A stretch of DNA of 64,000 nt from positions 8,556,001 through 8,620,000 of the forward strand of contig NC_135673.1 in NCBI RefSeq assembly GCF_964188315.1. Direction: 5' to 3'. This DNA is from Podarcis muralis. Taxonomy: Eukaryota. A program made the position numbers and the translations under genes. A model generated the notes under the pieces. The model had not been told where the DNA came from, did no database searches, and saw only the letters and a program-made list of their open reading frames with translations. Below are positions 46,851 through 59,400 of this stretch, piece by piece. Within the stretch, counting starts at the first letter, position 1. Every line of letters starts with the position of its first letter.

Positions 46851-48351
46851 CTCAGTAGTGCCTCCAGACTCTTAGGAGTTTGGAGCCAGTGATGGTGTAT
46901 TGGTTAGAATTAGGACCCGGGAGTACAGGGTTCAAATCCCCACTCAGCCATGAAGCTCATTGGGTGAGCCAGATGCAGTACTAGGTCCTTGGCAATTTTC
47001 TACTGGGATAATGTGGCCTATTTTTCACCCCTGCTTTAAAGATCAAACCCAGCACCTTGAATTGGGTTTAGAAATAAATCAGTCAATACTGGGGCAATCA
47101 ATATAAGCAGTCCTTCCCCCCCCCCCTGAAAAAATGTTTAGGGGTACTCTAATTTTCCTACTCATATTGAAATACTGCCCCTCAATGAGGCCAAACTTAG
47201 ATTCACAAAATGTTTAGGGGTATGTGTACCCCTGCGTCCCGCCAGAAAAAAGTACTGAATATGAGTATGCTAATTTGTGCCCATCACCATTCAAGGCAGT
47301 GGCATACTGTACCAGCTGAAGTTTCTGAACTGTCTTCATAGGTCCATGGAGAGCACCTTACAATTGTCTAATTTCCAGCATTAGATACTTCCTCTCCAGA
47401 GAAAGGAGTGAAAATACCATGGCTGGGTGGAGAATTCCAATTTGTTTGCATTTGCTTCTCAAGCACTAGTGATTAAACTGCAAAATAAGCAGTTTTATTC
47501 CACCTTTCTATTGTCCAGGTCTATTCCCCACACTGTAATAGAACTCCTCCCCACACGGCACACTGCTTACTTGTGCAAGGTAAATTGGAGAAGCTGAAAA
47601 TCAATCTCTGCTCTCGCCACCTCATCCATCAGCTCTGAGAGTTCCCCTAACAGTAAACCTTTGCCTGGCAAAACTTGTTTTTCACTGTCTGGCAATTGTG
47701 GAGGGAGCCCCAAACCCAGACTAAAATATTAAGCAGCTGCTAATGCAAGCACAGAAGCTGTAAACCAAACAACTAATTGAGTTTGTGGTGTGGGAGTACA
47801 GAGAGATCCACGTCACGTAATGAAATTGTGTGTTCCTGTAGACTTCTGGAATTAATAGCATGAATTAACCTGAAATAACCATGGTAACACAGTGATAGTT
47901 AAGAACAATAAATCATCTTCCACACAGTTACAGGTGGTTCAAGGGTTGGGGGGGCCTTGGAAGAAGTTTGTAAAGCTGTGCAAAGGAGTAAAAGTGCCTT
48001 GGAGACATGGCAAACATCTAGGGGAAAGCCCTTTCAATATTCCCAGCTGTTTCTGACCCTCATTCAGAATCCATCCATCACATACAATCCTATGAGACCA
48101 CTGTGTAATTTGTAAGCACTTGCTTAACAAAACTATATGAAGTGCCAGTAGATTGCTGGGAGGGACAGACATGGGGACGGGAGGGGTCAATGAGTATGCG
48201 AGAAACTCTAATTACCTACTCTGGATTTAGAGAATCAGCTTTACTGAGAGAGATGTGCCAGCAGATGGCCTTGGCCTCCTCCTTGCGGGTGGGGAAGTAT
48301 GAGTATGTGGGGAATATGACTGTAAGTGAAGAAGAGGAAAAAAAGGAAGTA

Positions 48352-48760
48352 GAATAATAGAGCTGTAAGGTTGGGAGCGACTCCAAGGGTCATCTAGTCC
48401 AACCCTCTGTAATACTGGAAAATTCAGCTTAAGAAGCTCTTACAGATGGCCATCAAACCTTTCTTTAAAAACCTCCAGTGAAAGAGAGTCCACCGCTTTC
48501 CAGTATATTTTGTTCCACTGCTGAGCAGCTCTTAATATCAGAAAGTTCTAATGTTTAATCAGAATTTCTTTTCTTGCAATTGGAATCCATTGGTTCAGGT
48601 CATACCCTCTGGAGGAAACAGGAAACAAGCTTGCTCCATCTTCCATGTGACAGACCTTCACATATTTGAAGGTGGCTATATTCTCTTATCCAGGCTAAAG
48701 ATGCCCAGTTCCCACTATCCCAGCCTTTTCCTTAGCCTTAAAACAAACACAAAAAGGGAG
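48352..48760 (-). mobile_element. CR1-like 3' remnant
   Basis: TAGAGCTGTAAGGTTGGGAGCGACTCCAAGGGTCATCTAGTCCAACC start; short relatives at about 32150-32210 and 11655-11830. Confidence 0.6.
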
Positions 48761-49461
48761 CAGGTATTTGGGCCCTCCGCTCATAACAGTTCTGCAGATG
48801 ATTTCCCGAACATGTTAAAAATCTTTAGGTAGTGCAATGTGGAAATCATCATCATCATCACTTGACCAAAACAGGCTGTTAAGTAGTTTTACAAAGTACA
48901 AAAACCAGTCACACACCTTAAAATATAAGGATCCATAATTAAAATGCACAGTAAAACAATCCCATTAAAACATCAAAACATAATTACCCATAATTAAAAT
49001 ATGTGTTAAAAATCACCCAGCAATTGAAAAGGGGACTGTGGCTGACAGATGAAAGGAATGCTTCTGCAAACAGGTGCGTCTTCAAAAGCGAGCAGAATGT
49101 CAATACAGACGGAGCCTCCTGTATTATCAGTAGGGAGCTCATTCCATAATCCCTGTAAGATCAGCTCTTAATAAAATAAAAAACAGCCTAGATTTCCCTA
49201 TGACTTAGCCAGGTTGCCCTCCGGCACAAATATAAGTGGGCTAGCTCTCTATTGCTCCCTTTCTTCCCTGCTACTCTGTAATCATATGAGCCAAATCTTA
49301 GGGGCCGAGGGAGCTTCAGCCCCCTCCAATAAAATATTTCAGCCCCACCCCATCCGTTGATGGGCATTGCCATTCAAATGGTTTGCATGCATCATATCAT
49401 GCGATCAATTATGTAGAGGTGCAGCTTACCTGCCTTTCCCCTATTTTATTCAAGTTGGCAC

Positions 49462-49551
49462 CATAGCTGTCAACTTTCCCCTTTTCTTGTGAGGAATCCT
49501 ATTCAGAATAAGGGAATTGCCCTTTAAAAAAGGGAAACATTGACAGCTACG
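49462..49551. mobile_element. 90-bp hAT MITE
   Basis: CATAGCTGTCAA...TTGACAGCTACG with perfect 8-bp TSD GTTGGCAC. Confidence 0.85.
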
Positions 49552-49581
49552 GTTGGCACCCCTGCCCATAACTCTGTGGTA

Positions 49582-49823
49582 CAGTGGTACCTTGGGTTAC
49601 AGATGCTTCAGGTTACAGACGCTTCAGGTTACAGGCTCCGCTAACCCAGAAATAGTACCTCGGGTTAAGAACTTTGCTTCAGGATGAGAACAGAAATCGT
49701 GCTCCGGCAGCGCAGCGGCAGCAGGAGGCCCCATTAGCTAAAGTGGTGCTTCAGGTTAAGAACAGTTTCAGGTTAAGAACGGACCTCCGGAACAAATTAA
49801 GTACTTAACCCGAGGTACCACTG
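49582..49823 (-). mobile_element. Tigger-like MITE, family B (reverse)
   Basis: TA-flanked, same TIRs, reversed body. Confidence 0.88.
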
Positions 49824-50211
49824 TATAGGAAAAAATGTCCTCTTCCAGCACAGACTTAAAGAGTTTTCTCTCTCATGGGCTAGCTCTGAGCAACTCAACT
49901 GAAGGGGAAAAAATTAATCACAAATCAGCCAGCCATCTCCAAGCGACCTTCCTCTGCTGAGTCTCTATGGAAGAAATGAATGATCACCTAGCATGCTGGT
50001 GAGTGTGCCAGCTCAAAATATCACAATCAAGACAGGAAGGGATATTCCAGTGCACCATCTAGCCTGGAATAACCCTTTCCACCCCACCCAAAGGTGACCG
50101 TTGGTCCTTGGAACTGAGAAATGGTATTGTTATAGAATTGGGGGGTCCTCCCTAAAAACTAGGAACAAATAAATACTAGGATTTTGATTAATTGGGATAC
50201 GGATTAAAGTA

Positions 50212-50437
50212 CAATGGTACCTTGGTTTGCATACGTTTTGGATTACAAACACATCAAAACCAGAAGTGTGTCCCCCGATGTGCAACCTTTTTTTGGATTA
50301 CAACCCAATTTTTTTTGGATTACAAACAAAAAAAATTTGGAGGCCCCATTGGCGAAAGCGCACATTGGATTACAACCTGTTTTGGCTTACAAATGGACCT
50401 CTGGAACAGATTGTGGTTGTAAACCAAGGTACCAATG
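50212..50437. mobile_element. Tigger-like MITE, other subfamily
   Basis: TA|CAATGGTACCTTGGTTT...AAACCAAGGTACCAATG|TA. Confidence 0.85.
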
Positions 50438-51705
50438 TATAGAACTGTGCCAAACAGGGAATTCAGGAAATTCCTGGGCTGGCTTATGCAAACCTGGCTG
50501 GCTGGAAGAAGAGCAGACCTGTGTTTCAATTTGCATATTATTTCGGAAAGAGTGAATTTGATCTATCTGGCTTCAAACAAACCTGAATCAAATTTCTATC
50601 CCCATCCCCACAGTGGCCCACAAACAGGACCTAGTTTGTCAAGAAGAAACATTCTAGACTGTCTTTCTCTGTAAATGCTTGTTTTCAATCTGGAAGAATC
50701 TTCTGAAGCCCCATGAAAGCCATTTCATCATGTGAGCCCCTTCTTGCAGTGCAAAATGGTAGAGTCCAGACACAGGCCCACTATGAACAGCCTTATTCAT
50801 TTCAGATAGCATAGTGTTAATCTTCCATTTATCCAGGATCAAAAAAGCAATCACTATCTCAGCAAATAGCTCTTTCAAGAATACATGACATGTGTGTAAT
50901 TGACATTTAGCTAGAATATATATTAAGCTTGATTAAGACAGCAGGTCTCCACGCAAATTCTTAAATACTGGCACAATAAATGAAGACTGGAGGTTCTGAA
51001 TAAGTATCTCTTAGTTCACTGTAGGCTCTGGAAAATCAGTCTTGGCAGCTGTGCCAAGAGGAGTAAATGGATTCTTTTCCAGCCTGTTGCTTCCTCTTCT
51101 CCTCAGAAATAAATCCTGTTTTTCTCTGTCTGAGGTTCTGCCTGGCAGTGATCAAACGTGAATTGGCTGATGCCCTCTGGAAATGTTTCTACAAAAGGCC
51201 AATGACACCAAGATTAAAGCAAGCTGGAATCAATTTTACTGCATCTGAATCAGGCTGTGCTCAATTTTGACCTAATACAGGGAGTTAGGCAAGGCAAATA
51301 GTAAATGGATTGAAGTTGATGGGCTCCGTTTGCAGCAAAGCAGACTTAGACTGGACAGCAGGAAATGCTTCCCACCTGGGTTAAAATTTGGTAATAGGAC
51401 AAGATGCCCCAGAGGAGTAAATGGCCAAGCATGTGACAGCTCAGAGAGGGAAATCAGAACAGTTTCTATTTGTCTAAGATATTGATGTTGAACTCAAGCT
51501 CCCCTCCCTACTGAACTTTGGCCTTGGTGTCTGTGACTGATAGGAGTTGAAGTCCAATATTACCTTGAAGGCCACAGCTTCTTCACCACCGGGCTAGATG
51601 TTAGAAAGATGGTATTCTTTAAGAAGGTTCCAAAATACATATGAGCACAGGTGACAACAAGGATAGACCATATTTTTAAATACCATGATAGCTAAATGGA
51701 GCCTC

Positions 51706-51961
51706 CATGGGTAGGCAAACTAAGGCCCGGGCCCGGATCCGGCCCAATCGCCTTCTAAATCTGGCCCGTGGGCAGTCCAGGAATCAGTGTGTTTTTACAT
51801 GAGTAGAATGTGTCCTTTTATTTAAAATGCATCTCTGGGTTATTTGTGAGGCAAAGGAATTTGTTCCTTTTTAATTTATTTTTCAAAATATAGTCTGGCC
51901 CCCCACAAGGTCTGAGGGACAGTGGACCGGCCCCCCTGCTGAAAAAGTTTGCTGACCCCTG
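51706..51961 (-). mobile_element. hAT MITE (same family as 23694)
   Basis: CATGGGTAGGCAAAC...GTTTGCTGACCCCTG. Confidence 0.82.
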
Positions 51962-52245
51962 CTCTAAGTTATATATCTGAATACCTCATTGGGAAGGGGC
52001 AACCAGTAGATGGTGTCTGTTGTCTTCCATGTCCTGTTTTTGGGCTTCCTGGAAACTTCTTGTTCTCCTTTACTGAAATGTGGATGCTGGACCAGATGCA
52101 CCTTGGTCCGAAGCAGCCTGGTTCTTCCTATATCCTAACTGGCATACTGGAAGCTCATTTCTCTTCCTCCTACCCCAAGGCTTCTCATCAACCCCTTACT
52201 ATTCACCCAATTTCTCCCCAGTGGGCTGAACTAATGACAAAGGGC

Positions 52246-52870
52246 CATGGGTGTAGCCAAGGGGGCAGCAGGGGCAGTGGCGTAGATAGCTGCTTGGGTG
52301 CCCAGTTTAGTATGCGTGTCCTGCAGCCAGGGGCAGAGCGAGCTGCCCGTGGGGTGGGGCAAGCTGCCCATGGGGCAGGGCAAGCCAAGGCAGGGCACAC
52401 TGCATGGAGCCTCTCCGCAGCCTCCCCCTCAGGTGTAGGGCAGCTGAGGTGGTGGGCAGATGCAAGCCCTGCACTGCTCAAAAAAGCAGCGCAGATCTTG
52501 CAAGCAGTCCACCTCCCCCTCAGGAGAGACACATGGCTTAGGCACGCTGCAGGCCCCCCAGTGTGACACCCAGTTCCTCCCACCTCACCTAGCTACCAGC
52601 GGTGTAGTTAGGGGGGTGCAGTAGGTGCCAGAGTTTTTTTGTTTTTTTTTAAAAAGGTGTCCTGAGCTCAATTTTTAATTTATTTATTTGAAAAACATAT
52701 TTTTGCCATTTTGTCACCCCCCTCAGTGATGACACCCGGGGCTCCCCGCACCCCCCTTCGTATGCTACTGGGCAGAGGGGCAACTAAATCAATAAAAATA
52801 CATAGCTAACTGACGTTCTGCCCCCCTAACAAAAGGCTCCTCCCCAACAAAAATCCTGGCTACACCCATG
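52246..52870. mobile_element. Nested hAT MITE cluster
   Basis: Outer TIR CATGGGTGTAGCCA / TGGCTACACCCATG (TSD 6/8); inner CAGTGGCGTAG at 52275 and CAGCGGTGTAG at 52597, with a matching end at 52770. Confidence 0.7.
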
Positions 52871-53370
52871 GTAAGGGCTGTTGTATACACACAGTGTTGA
52901 CCACAGAAGCTTTGGCAAAGCTCTCATCTCCCACTGACCTCTGCCATTTCACTATGTCTTGCTTAGTGTGGGAGGTTAGTAGCTAGAAGAGAACGACTTT
53001 GCCAAAGCTTCAGCTACTGTTCATTAACTGGGAATGAAAGGTTCAACCTGATGGGTTCAGATCACAGCAAAGCAAACACAGACAGTGCATATGGAATTGG
53101 GGCAATACAAAGTGTTAAGACTAGGAGTTCTTTCTCTCTCTCAGTTATTCCATCCTCAAGGAGAGCTGGTGAAGGGAGTGGCTCAGGAGGTTGTGTGGTC
53201 CAGGAAGACCCCAAAGAGGCCTGGGAGGGATCACATCTCTGTTGTAGAGCATCACCTGGGAATGAGCTTGAAGGGGGCAACAGAGGGATGCTGCAGCAGT
53301 GGTAGGACATGTTCCCCTCCAATAGTTGCCTCCAGCTGAGCCCGGACATCTCCATCTCAAGTCATAGGAA

Positions 53371-53562
53371 AGGGCCACAGCTAAGTGGCAGAGCATCTGT
53401 TTTGCATGCAGAAGATCCAGGTTCAATCCCCATCATCTCCAGAACTGGCTTGGGGTGTCCTCTCTCTCAAAGCCTGGAGAGCTGCTTCCAGTCAGGGTCA
53501 AAAATGCTGAGTTGAATGGACAGGTTGTCTGACCCAGAATAGGGCAGATCCCTATATTCCTA
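53371..53562 (+). mobile_element. Older tRNA-headed squamate SINE
   Basis: GCTAAGTGGCAGAGCATCTGTTTTGCATGCAGAAGATCCAGGTTCAATCCC head and family tail. Confidence 0.75.
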
Positions 53563-54808
53563 AGGCAGGCTGCCATGTTGTACACTGAATAAATCCTCTC
53601 TGCCAGGAATATTTCTCTTGTTCAACATCATAACATGTTTCTAATTGCTAACTCTGGGTAAAGTGATAGCATGGGGATATATATCATAAAAGAAAGAAGC
53701 TGACAATGACATTTGGGACCACATGGGAACATTAGAATAATCAGGCAAAGAGAGAAAGAACATCTGGCATAAGATCAGCTGCACATCAAAATCCAGAGCA
53801 ACTGGCAGGGCAGGGGCACTGGGCATTCAGCATCCCAAGTCATTTGGCACCAGCTCTCATCTTCGTTCCTAATGCACCCAGGGATGATGTCACTGTGTAT
53901 GCAAACATGCTCCGCCAAAATCAGCTGGGGTTTGCTGATGCTTTGCTTAATTATTTATATTGCAGCCGCCTTGCCCCAGCAAGAGCAAAATGTATTTCTT
54001 TTCCTTTCTTCCTTCAGAACAACTAGAAAAACTTCCCCAGCTAATGATCTCTTGCAACAAAGTCTCCAGCAGAGCTGATCTTTTTAGCTCGCCAAGCCCA
54101 GAGGCTAAAATTGCAGCTGGCAGAGAACACAGCCTGTGTTCCTGTTAATGCTCTTCCCCCAAGACTGTGAAGGTCCTTAAAAGGGCTCAGTTTACATTCT
54201 GCAGTTACCCAGCTCAAAGCTGCTTTCCTCTGCTGCTCAGTATGGGGAAAGTTTACAATTAAGCCTTGCACATATAGACTGAGGCCAGTTCAACGATGGC
54301 AACTCAGTCATTGCTTGCATTTCCTCATGTTGGTGGAATGTGAGTCCAGATGATGGCCACTAGGTCTTATGGCTTGGCTACTGGTGGTGGGAAAGTGGGA
54401 GAGATACTGCCAGCCAACTCCAGACCAAGGAGACCTTTGATAGAAAGCCCTCTGGTGAGGACTCTTACACATTGCTTCTCTTTCCATGAGTCCTGGCCAG
54501 CTGAACTAGCACCAGTGGTCATGGTGCTCTAAAGCAGAAGTGGGGAACATTTTTTCAGCCTGGTGCTGCATTCCTTTCTAGAAAACTTTCTGGGGACCAC
54601 ATGCCAGGGGTGGGCAGGGCCAGATGCAAAAGTGGGTGGAGCAATGAGTGCAACTACCTTTGTGCAGTAGGCTACTGTGTGTGCACGTGCACACCCACCC
54701 ACCCAAGATCAAGGGAGGGGTGGGGAGATCCCCCTAAACCCTAGGAATAAATAAATAATAGGATTTTTATCAATTGAGATATGAACTAAAACCCAAACTG
54801 CAGAGCTG

Positions 54809-55215
54809 TGTCAGACAGAGGATTCCTGGGCTGGCCTGGCTGGCTGTGTGAACTGCAAACCAGTTAACATGAGAAAAGGTGTTGATGGGCCATGGGGTGG
54901 GGGTGTTACCAAGGTGATGGGCTATGTATTTTTCTGGGAAGAAAAAGGATGGGCAAGGGCTGAGATCCATTTTGGGTGAATCTGGCTGCAGGCAGCTTAC
55001 ACTGCTGCCTCTTGGAGTGACTATGCTATAAGATCTGGACTCCCCCCATGCATGCTGAAGGTGTAAATAGATGAGGAAACCATATTTCTTAAATATGGTC
55101 TCTGCTGCATCTTCAGTTCTCCAAAGGGACACAGACCCTGTGTGAGTGCCTGATACCCCATGTGCTCTTGCCACCGCTCGGCAGAGAGAAGGGCAGGCAC
55201 CTGGCTTTTGTAACA
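54809..55215 (+). mobile_element. LTR-like repeat, copy 2
   Basis: TGTCAG...TGTAACA; homologous to 44499-45005; no TSD. Confidence 0.55.
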
Positions 55216-55990
55216 GGCATTATTAGAGTACGGTACATTCCAACAAGGCAGAAATTCCCAAAGGGGGTGCAAAGCAGAGCCAGTGAGAGGTGTGGCTTGG
55301 AGGGAGTCCGAACTCACAAATACCAAACACAAAGTCCTGGAGGGCTGATTCGACCCCTGGACTGTTGGTTCTGTGTCCCTGCTTTAAAGAGTGCTTGATG
55401 ACTTGGAGACATCAGGTAAATCTCCTACAAATGTCCTGGAGCATTCCCAAAATAGTGCTGTTCTGAAGCTTACTGGGAGTGTTAAATGGTCCCCCTCCGT
55501 TTAAACTTCCCAGAGTGTCCCAGAATGATGCTACACAGGAGTTGCTCTGGGTTGTTGTAGGTAATTTTAATGGTGCCTCCAATATGTATGACACTTATTG
55601 GAGCACCAGAAAGAGGTGCCGGTAGTGCATCCTCTTTGTAGGTCTCAAAGGGGCTGAACCAGAAATAGGCAAAGTTGATAGAAAGGAAAGGCAGCAATGA
55701 CTGGTGTTCCCTGCCTGCTCACTGCCTCTCTGTCTTGTAAGTGAGCAGGTAGCAACAGTGGAGGTGTGGAGGCACCGTAGCAATACTTGGTAACAATGAC
55801 AGTGAAGCTCACTGTGGGAAGAGGACTCACAAAGAGAGCAGGGCCCAACAATGATGTCTTACCCACCCTCTTTGTCATGGACCAGTTGGACAAATAGGAG
55901 TAGTGTGAGGAACCAGCTGGGAAACCACCAAGGGAAGAAAGCTCAGAGCCTGGAGAGTAGTGGTGGGACAAGGGAGGGAGACCTGAGTAG

Positions 55991-56463
55991 TGTCAGGGAG
56001 AAGAGGGAGAAGACTGGGAGGAGGTGATGTTAGAAGCTGCAGGGCTAACTGGGCTTAGTGAGCAGGGAGAGTCAGTGGCAGAGAGAAGACCAGAAGCAGA
56101 GGCAGAAGCTAAAGCAGACAAGTGAGAGGAGGGAGGCCAAGATAAGTCAAGCTGAAGAAGAGTCGCGGGTATATCCCCTCCTGCTGCGGCAGGCTCCCCT
56201 GCCTCTCCCAGAACCGGAAGAGGTATGAAAAGCAAAGAAAGGCTGCACACAGGCGCAATCTCTGATTGTTTGGAAGAAGCCCTGGAGAGAAGGAGACAAG
56301 GAGAGGTGGGAACTTTTCATGTCAGCAACTGGCTTCATGTAGTAAGACCCACAGAGCATGAGCTGTGCTCAGCTGGCCTGTAACTCTGTCTGGTCTCTGA
56401 AGATCATGGCTCACTATTAAAGAGTAAACTCCTGCTTTGAACTGACCAGCTTTCTCCATGACA
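55991..56463 (+). mobile_element. Probable old solo LTR
   Basis: TGTCA...TGACA termini, purine-rich body, ATTAAA near 56416; no TSD recognisable. Confidence 0.45.
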
Positions 56464-59400
56464 CACACAAACACCGTGGGAAAAACTCCAGAGTTTTTTA
56501 TATTTTAGACATTTCAGGTTTGGAACCAGGATCAGTGCTCATATTACAAGGAAGCAGTGGGCAGAAGGTTGTCTTAGTGTTTTGTGCTTTTCTGGACAAA
56601 GCAGGACTGGCATAGATGGCTGGGGTGAGCTCCCCTAGGTTAAGTCTTGCAGGGAGATTCAGCACATACTGGTACTGAAAACCAAGGTTTGCACAATTAA
56701 ATTGGACCGAAGCACCATCACCTGGCCACTGTGATAACAGGATGCTGGACCAGGTCTTCTTATGTTCTTACCTCTTTATGTTCACTGAAAGATGTGGGTT
56801 GAACAAATAATTAATGGGAAGACATTTAGACTGTGAACACGCAATCTTTTATTCTAGAATCAGTGGAGACCAAGTACTTGGTTTTCCCACCCCCCTACAT
56901 AGTCCACACACATTCTAGAGACTACTGCATACTTTTTGGCCCAGAAAAATTACTCCTGCTGGTTTCATTTCAAAAATAACACTAATTGCAGATTGATTCT
57001 GCATTACCCTGCAGTGTGTTCATTTGAAAACAGATGAGCATTCATGCAGCGTATTATCCCACACTTTTCAGCGTAGTTTCCCTGTCACTTTCCTCACTGC
57101 AAAAAAGGGAAGTGGATTCTTTGCGCAAGCCCTCCCTATAAACTGTAACAGTGCAACCTGAATTTGCTGGTTTATGAATTGAATCCCACCTGAAAATAGT
57201 ATCAGCCAGTAAGCACCCGATGATTTGGAAGGTCCTGGAAAGGTTCCCCATTCAGTCATGATGTTCACAGGCCAGTCATAAACTCTGAGCCTCATCTGCC
57301 TTTCAGGGTGGTTGTGAGGATAACAATGAATGAGAGGAAACTATGTGCCTGAAGCAGATGAATGTACTGACATATAAAAGTAAGAAATGGGAAAAGGAGG
57401 GTGAGCTGCCCTCCCACCCACTACTCTCTTTGCATTTGTGAAACAGCGCTGGTTGTTACGGCAGCATTTAGCTTCTGCACAGCTTCTTTTTAAAATATAT
57501 CTTTAAATCCCTGCACACTCACTTTGTTTCAAAAGTGCAGACCAATTACAAGAATGTTGGAAATGACTGGAGGCAACGCAGGTCTTGCAGTTCAACCTCT
57601 CTTGAGAGCGCAGCCTTTTGAAAACTTCATATTTTCTGAGGTGTATTTACACCCACAGCAACATATTCATTCAGGGTAGCTTGTTGGAGGATTTCCTCCC
57701 CTTTTCAAAAAGCTGAGTTCTCAGTACTGAGCCAAATGAAGTGAGATTGTTCCAAAGAAACATCACAAAGGCATAATTTTGCTTTACTCTCCATATAAAC
57801 TACACACAGAGAGAGTACTTCTTTCTAAAGACTGACTGCTTTGCGCTGTGCAATGCCAGTGGGATTCATATTTTGAGTTTCTCAGTATGCACAACCTAAA
57901 AATCAGCTGCTTTAGGGAAAGTAATTAAAAGCCACTGGAGACAGAGCAATAAAAGCTTAATTAAAAGCATGCACTGACAGTTTGCAAACGCTAGGGGGAG
58001 TGTCGTTAAGTCACAACTCCAGTTCTGCTTTTGACTTTTGCCAAAAGTGGGGAGTAGTAGAAAGCTTTTGGAAAAACCTTGATGGTGCTCTCAGTTCTGG
58101 GGTTACTAGCATTTTAGTGTCAAGGGCGACATTAAAAATATAAAAGTGGGGCCCTGCAATGAAAAGCCCTAGACTGGAATGTTTCTTGCCCCCCATTGTC
58201 TCTTTCGTACTTCTATGCACATTTTTTTTTTGTTTTGCAATGCAATCTACCCTGAAACAATGCATTTAGTATGCTTTCTGAAATATACTCAGAGTCCTGT
58301 AGTGATTTCATGCTCTTTATTGCAGCTTGTGAAGCAGTGATTGAATTGCCCCCCAAACCTCAGGCTTTTATATGCATTATTTACACAATGAGTCCCGTCT
58401 GATTGGCTGATTCTGCTTCCCTCCTGGAGCCTGATTGGTCTTTTCCTGCAAGCCAGTCAGTTGTTGCATTCTAGGATCCTACTTGCCTATTGCCAAGCTT
58501 AGTAGATAACACTTTCTTTGAAAAAATTAATAATTGCATTTTAACTTTACTGCAATGCACACATCTTTCTCCACATTACTTCGGTGGAGAACTGAATTGC
58601 AAAATTCAGAGATATGAGAAAATCTAAGGACAGCTGTGCTTAAGTTTGTATTTTGCTCCAGAAAGAGCAGATAACGGAGATTCTTCTTTAAATCTGAACT
58701 GAACTGAGATTATGCCCTATCCCTATCTGAGAAGTTGGATTGTTAGATGGTTCCAGAAGGTCCCAGGTTTGACCCTCAGCATCTCCTGTTAAAATGAGCA
58801 GGTAGCATTTGAAGAGAAGAGCAGATAATATTGAGGTACATGGGCAAGTCTGATCTGGCCTAAGGCAGCTTTCCGTCTCATACACTGATCAGCTGGGAGA
58901 AGTGCAAGCGGAGATAAGGGAACACAACTGTCAGACCCAGTGAGACTAATGGGGAAAGACAAGGCAGCCACAGTTAGAACTCAACATGGACAGCCATAAA
59001 TATTTATTCTCTACCACTGATGGTGACTTCAAAGGATATTTTGTTTCTTGGCACTGTAGAAACAGCAGGGACTGGACAGCTCTTTAAAGAAGTGCCTGTG
59101 TCTGTGAATGCTTTCAAGTACTCATCTCTTCGGACACACCCTCATTAAACTGTGTCTCTCCTTACATGTTGAGCACAGTAAGATGAAAGCCTCATCCATG
59201 CAGAATTCAATGAAGAATCAATGCTACAGAACTTGAGAGAGTAAAAACATCCAACTCATTCTAATATAAACCTCCAGGACCACTCATCCTTTTATCTCTG
59301 CTGGAGGCAAGCAAAGGACTGATCAAGACCGTGGTGTTGAGCAAGGAATCTGTGTCAATCATAACAGGGCTCAAGCCAGAAGGAATTGGCGCCGTACATT

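Noticed and set aside
51949-52566. 205-aa ORF
   Set aside because: Crosses the hAT MITE end, CR1-like DNA and GC-rich nested MITEs; no recognisable product.
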